From: Chiloscyllium plagiosum
Lineage: Eukaryota
Assembly (NCBI RefSeq): GCF_004010195.1
Contig: NC_057719.1
Location: forward strand, 39,241,335-39,264,762
Reading direction: 5' to 3'
DNA: 23,428 bases
Shown here: piece after piece, positions 20,741-23,428 of the stretch
Layout: each line of letters opens with the position of its first letter
Position numbering within the stretch: the first letter of the stretch is position 1
Position numbers and translations under genes: made by a program
Notes under the pieces: generated by a model
What the model saw: the letters and a program-made list of their open reading frames with translations, nothing else
Database searches by the model: none
What the model was told of the DNA's origin: nothing

Positions 20741-20939
20741 TTATGCTATACAGCAAAACATACAACAATGATTCTTCCTCCATCGGAATTTAGAGACACT
20801 TATTCCTTGAAATAATTGATTGTCTGATGAAATGTCATTGTTTAATTTCATCATGTCATTTGCTTGTTTGAGGATGCTCCGTCTTTCTTTTCTGGTCATC
20901 ATTCCTCTAATATCCAGAATAGCATTGATGTGTTCCTTC
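20741..20939 (-). CDS. Exocyst component 3-like (Sec6 family; EXOC3L4/TNFAIP2-like) gene, last coding exon
   Basis: Acceptor tttatattttaaAG|G, phase 2. Encodes (R)KEHINAILDIRGMMTRKERRSILKQANDMMKLNNDISSDNQLFQGISVSKFRWRKNHCCMFCCIA* (TAA at 20743-20741). The H(I/L).AIL.IRG and LF..I.V motifs match the Sec6-family C-terminus, and the exon splices in frame to the upstream exon. Confidence 0.88.
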
Positions 20940-22221
20940 CTTTAAAATATAAATTATAGTATTTTACAACTAATGCAACAGTCACTGGTCCTGATTGCCT
21001 TAATTCTGTTAGTCTGAAGTTGCCAAACCTTTGCCTGTCCTATGTTATTTTTGCAGATTCATTGCCTATTCATCTTGTCTTTTCCTTGAAAATATTCTTA
21101 TTTGATCCTGCACCAACAACCCTTCCGATGCTTAATATCTCCCCATTATATTTTTAATGATCTTATGAAAGTTAAAGAAGTTGTTTTTAACCATTAACTT
21201 ATAATTTCAATATTTAATTACCGGTATCATTTTGGTACTGTCTTTCTGGCTTGAATCTTTACTGAGTCGGGATAACTTAGGAGCCTTTTAAACATGGAGG
21301 ATAGGTCCCAACTCCTGACCACATTCCTAAAGTTTCCAATCTGTAGAAGTGCCTTAAAATGTGTGGACTGGCTCATATTATGAGTTTGCACCTAGTATTC
21401 CTGACCTGGTTGGCACCAAAGTGGGGACAGGCATGTCCTAGTCTTATGCAACTTTTATAGAGTTAGACCAGGTTTCAAAAAACTCACGGTTCACAAAGGG
21501 TCAGAAGCTTAAACCATAGTCTGAGGGGACCTTTTGAAAGATATGTTTAAACATTCTCCTCAGAACTCCATCCATTCCCATGGCCCCTCATATCTTCTGA
21601 CAAATTATGGCACTTCTATATCCGTTCACCCATGATATATTTCATATAAGCAATTAAGCCTACAGTGACAATAGGATGACATGTTGTAAAAGGAGATTTT
21701 GAAGAAAGTTAGAAATAATGATAAACTTAAAGTCATTTTTTTGTTTCTTCCCATTTTCTTAAAAATACCTTTTACAATATACCAAAAGAAGTATCAACTA
21801 TCCCGACTCTTTAAATATCAATAGTGGGAATTGTAAGCACTTAAAACTGCCTAATCTTGTATAAATAAATATTGTGCAATTGACAGAACAGACCAGAGAA
21901 CCAGAGCTGACAATCAAAAAAAAGTTTTCATTGGTGCTCCGGTAATTCAATTCACTAATGGATTTTTGGGCTCTCAGTCAAGTATGCATTAAGGATTGGA
22001 ATTTATTGTTTTAACGATTCTATCAAATGTTACCTTATCTTGAAAAATGCTGTACTGATAACATTTGTAATATGTAAGAACTTGGATACAGTCAATCAAC
22101 TTGTGCTGAGATATACTATGTGTGTCCCAATAAACTATTATTTTGCATTTACTTCTTGCAGACCTGAACATTTCTCAGCACTGCTCCCATGTCATGGATA
22201 AATCTCAAAACTGAACACAGT

Positions 22222-22445
22222 TTAGCTCAGTTGGCTGGATGGTTGGTTTGCGAAGCAGAGCAATGCCAACAGTGTGGGTTCAATTCCCATCACTGTCTAA
22301 GACTACCATGAAGGAGTGTCCTTCTCAACTTCTCCCCTCACCTGAAGTATGGTGGTCCTCAGGTTAAATCACCACCAGTCATCTCTCTCTAATGAGCGAA
22401 CAACCCTTTAGTCTGGTAAGACTATGGCAACCCAACAACTTTCAA
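22222..22445 (+). mobile_element. tRNA-derived SINE (third family), intronic, antisense to the gene
   Basis: A box TAGCTCAGTTGG, B box GGTTCAATTCC, body CCTTCTCAAC...CCTCAGGTTAAATCACCACCAGTCA, end GACTATGGCAAC. Confidence 0.7.
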
Positions 22446-22581
22446 TTTAATTACAAATGTTTGAAAATTGTGTTTATAAATTGCCAACTCTTTTTGAATC
22501 TGTCAACATTTTCAAGTTGGCAGCTTAAGATCTCCTCAGAAAAGAATGCTGATAAACATTGAGTTTCACATGATCACCTAC

Positions 22582-22703
22582 CTTACATCAGGGTAGTTAC
22601 AAACAAGTGCAGCAACTTCTGTCTTCAATGCATTAATATCATTGATTTGAATGATTTCAGCCACATCTAGGATAGGTTGGTTTAGGCAAGTGGCACTAGA
22701 CTG
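22582..22703 (-). CDS. Exocyst component 3-like (Sec6 family; EXOC3L4/TNFAIP2-like) gene, penultimate coding exon
   Basis: Acceptor tttgtttgtttttaatattttcAG and donor AG|GTAGGT. 122 nt encode QSSATCLNQPILDVAEIIQINDINALKTEVAALVCNYPDV(R), matching the S.AT.L...AEII...D..A.K.EVA.....YPD motif recalled for TNFAIP2/EXOC3L4. Confidence 0.9.
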
Positions 22704-23059
22704 CTGAAAATATTAAAAACAAACAAATATTTTTCATTACCACGATGTTGACAACTCGATGAATATGAAGTTGTTTAAGGATTTACAAAATCAAATGTTT
22801 CTAAATGAAAATATGAGGTCCTAACAATAAGTTAACAATACACTTAAGCTATATTAAGCAACACATATACGTATTAACTTTGACTTTGTAGGCAAATTGT
22901 TATCCCTGAAAATCATTAAGTGCTATATTTTGGATCTATTCAACACCCAATTTATGACCCTATCAAAGCTTATTGTGCAGTAGAAAACCTCTACAATTGC
23001 TACCATGGTTGAAGTTTAAGCATAAGGAGGATACCTACATTACTTCCCTATGTCACAAA

Positions 23060-23127
23060 TCCAATAAATCCAGTGGAGCTGGCTCGTTGATGGGGGCAAG
23101 CTGAATCCCTCGCTTGTTCCTATATTT
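23060..23127 (+). mobile_element. Possible highly decayed CR1 3' end
   Basis: GTGGAGCTGGCTCG...GCTGAAT...TTGTTCCTATATT resembles 15339-15389. Confidence 0.35.
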
Positions 23128-23260
23128 ACCTGTTAATAAGTCCATATCTGTCCATAAGTCCACATGGCCATATCTGTGGCCAATCTTGTACAGAGTTTTT
23201 AGCGAAGACCTGAGGTGAAGTAACTGGAATACTAAGTGTCTCTGCATCTGATCTCACCCA

Positions 23261-23428
23261 TTTTCTTTTAATAGATATTTTTATTAGAAATTTAACATTT
23301 TTACAAGTTTACAAAAATAAACAAAACTCTCAGATATAAACATTGATATACAATTAGCTCAAATATACAATAGCCAAAATTTGACAAAAAAAAAACAAAA
23401 CAACAAAAAAAAACCGAAAAGAAAACAA
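23261..23428 (-). mobile_element. Probable L1-like LINE 3' UTR and poly(A) tail, running off the window
   Basis: Minus strand: T-rich tract, then AATAAA (23285-23280), AATATCTATT and an A-rich tail AAAAGAAAA. No ORF2 sequence is visible in the window. Confidence 0.45.

Noticed and set aside
23130..23210. Possible upstream exon bounded by cacctcAG and CAG|GTAAAT (minus strand; part of ORF 23053-23247)
   Set aside because: No frame resembles the expected preceding Sec6 helix, and the segment is built from short patchwork repeats.
1..23428. Prokaryotic systems (CRISPR array, retron, DGR, operon)
   Set aside because: No regularly spaced repeats or dense coding; all RT fragments are vertebrate CR1-type and disrupted.

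Overview
Eukaryotic, repeat-rich genomic DNA. The repeat families (CR1/HER1-type LINEs, HE1 V-SINEs, SacSINE1-like SINE) indicate a shark or ray; this is an inference. Most long ORFs in the track are fragments of decayed CR1 ORF2 (EN/RT) or their antisense shadows. The only host coding sequence I can support was missed by the ORF track: the last two coding exons, on the minus strand (22703-22582 and 20939-20741), of a Sec6/EXOC3-family gene (EXOC3L4/TNFAIP2-like). Its product ends in a polybasic, Cys-rich CaaX tail (KFRWRKNHCCMFCCIA*). The first 10 kb holds five short non-autonomous Penelope-like insertions of two subfamilies, each carrying a minimal hammerhead ribozyme motif (intact, decayed or truncated). 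One is a young, TSD-flanked 96-bp-arm palindrome with an intact hammerhead core on each strand. Also present: a Harbinger-type Myb/SANT fossil, a 152-bp tandem duplication across a SINE/LINE junction, a 66-bp segment apparently copied from a nearby SINE into a LINE, nested LINE insertions, an L1-like 3' end and one N gap. Family assignments rest on remembered motifs, not on database searches.
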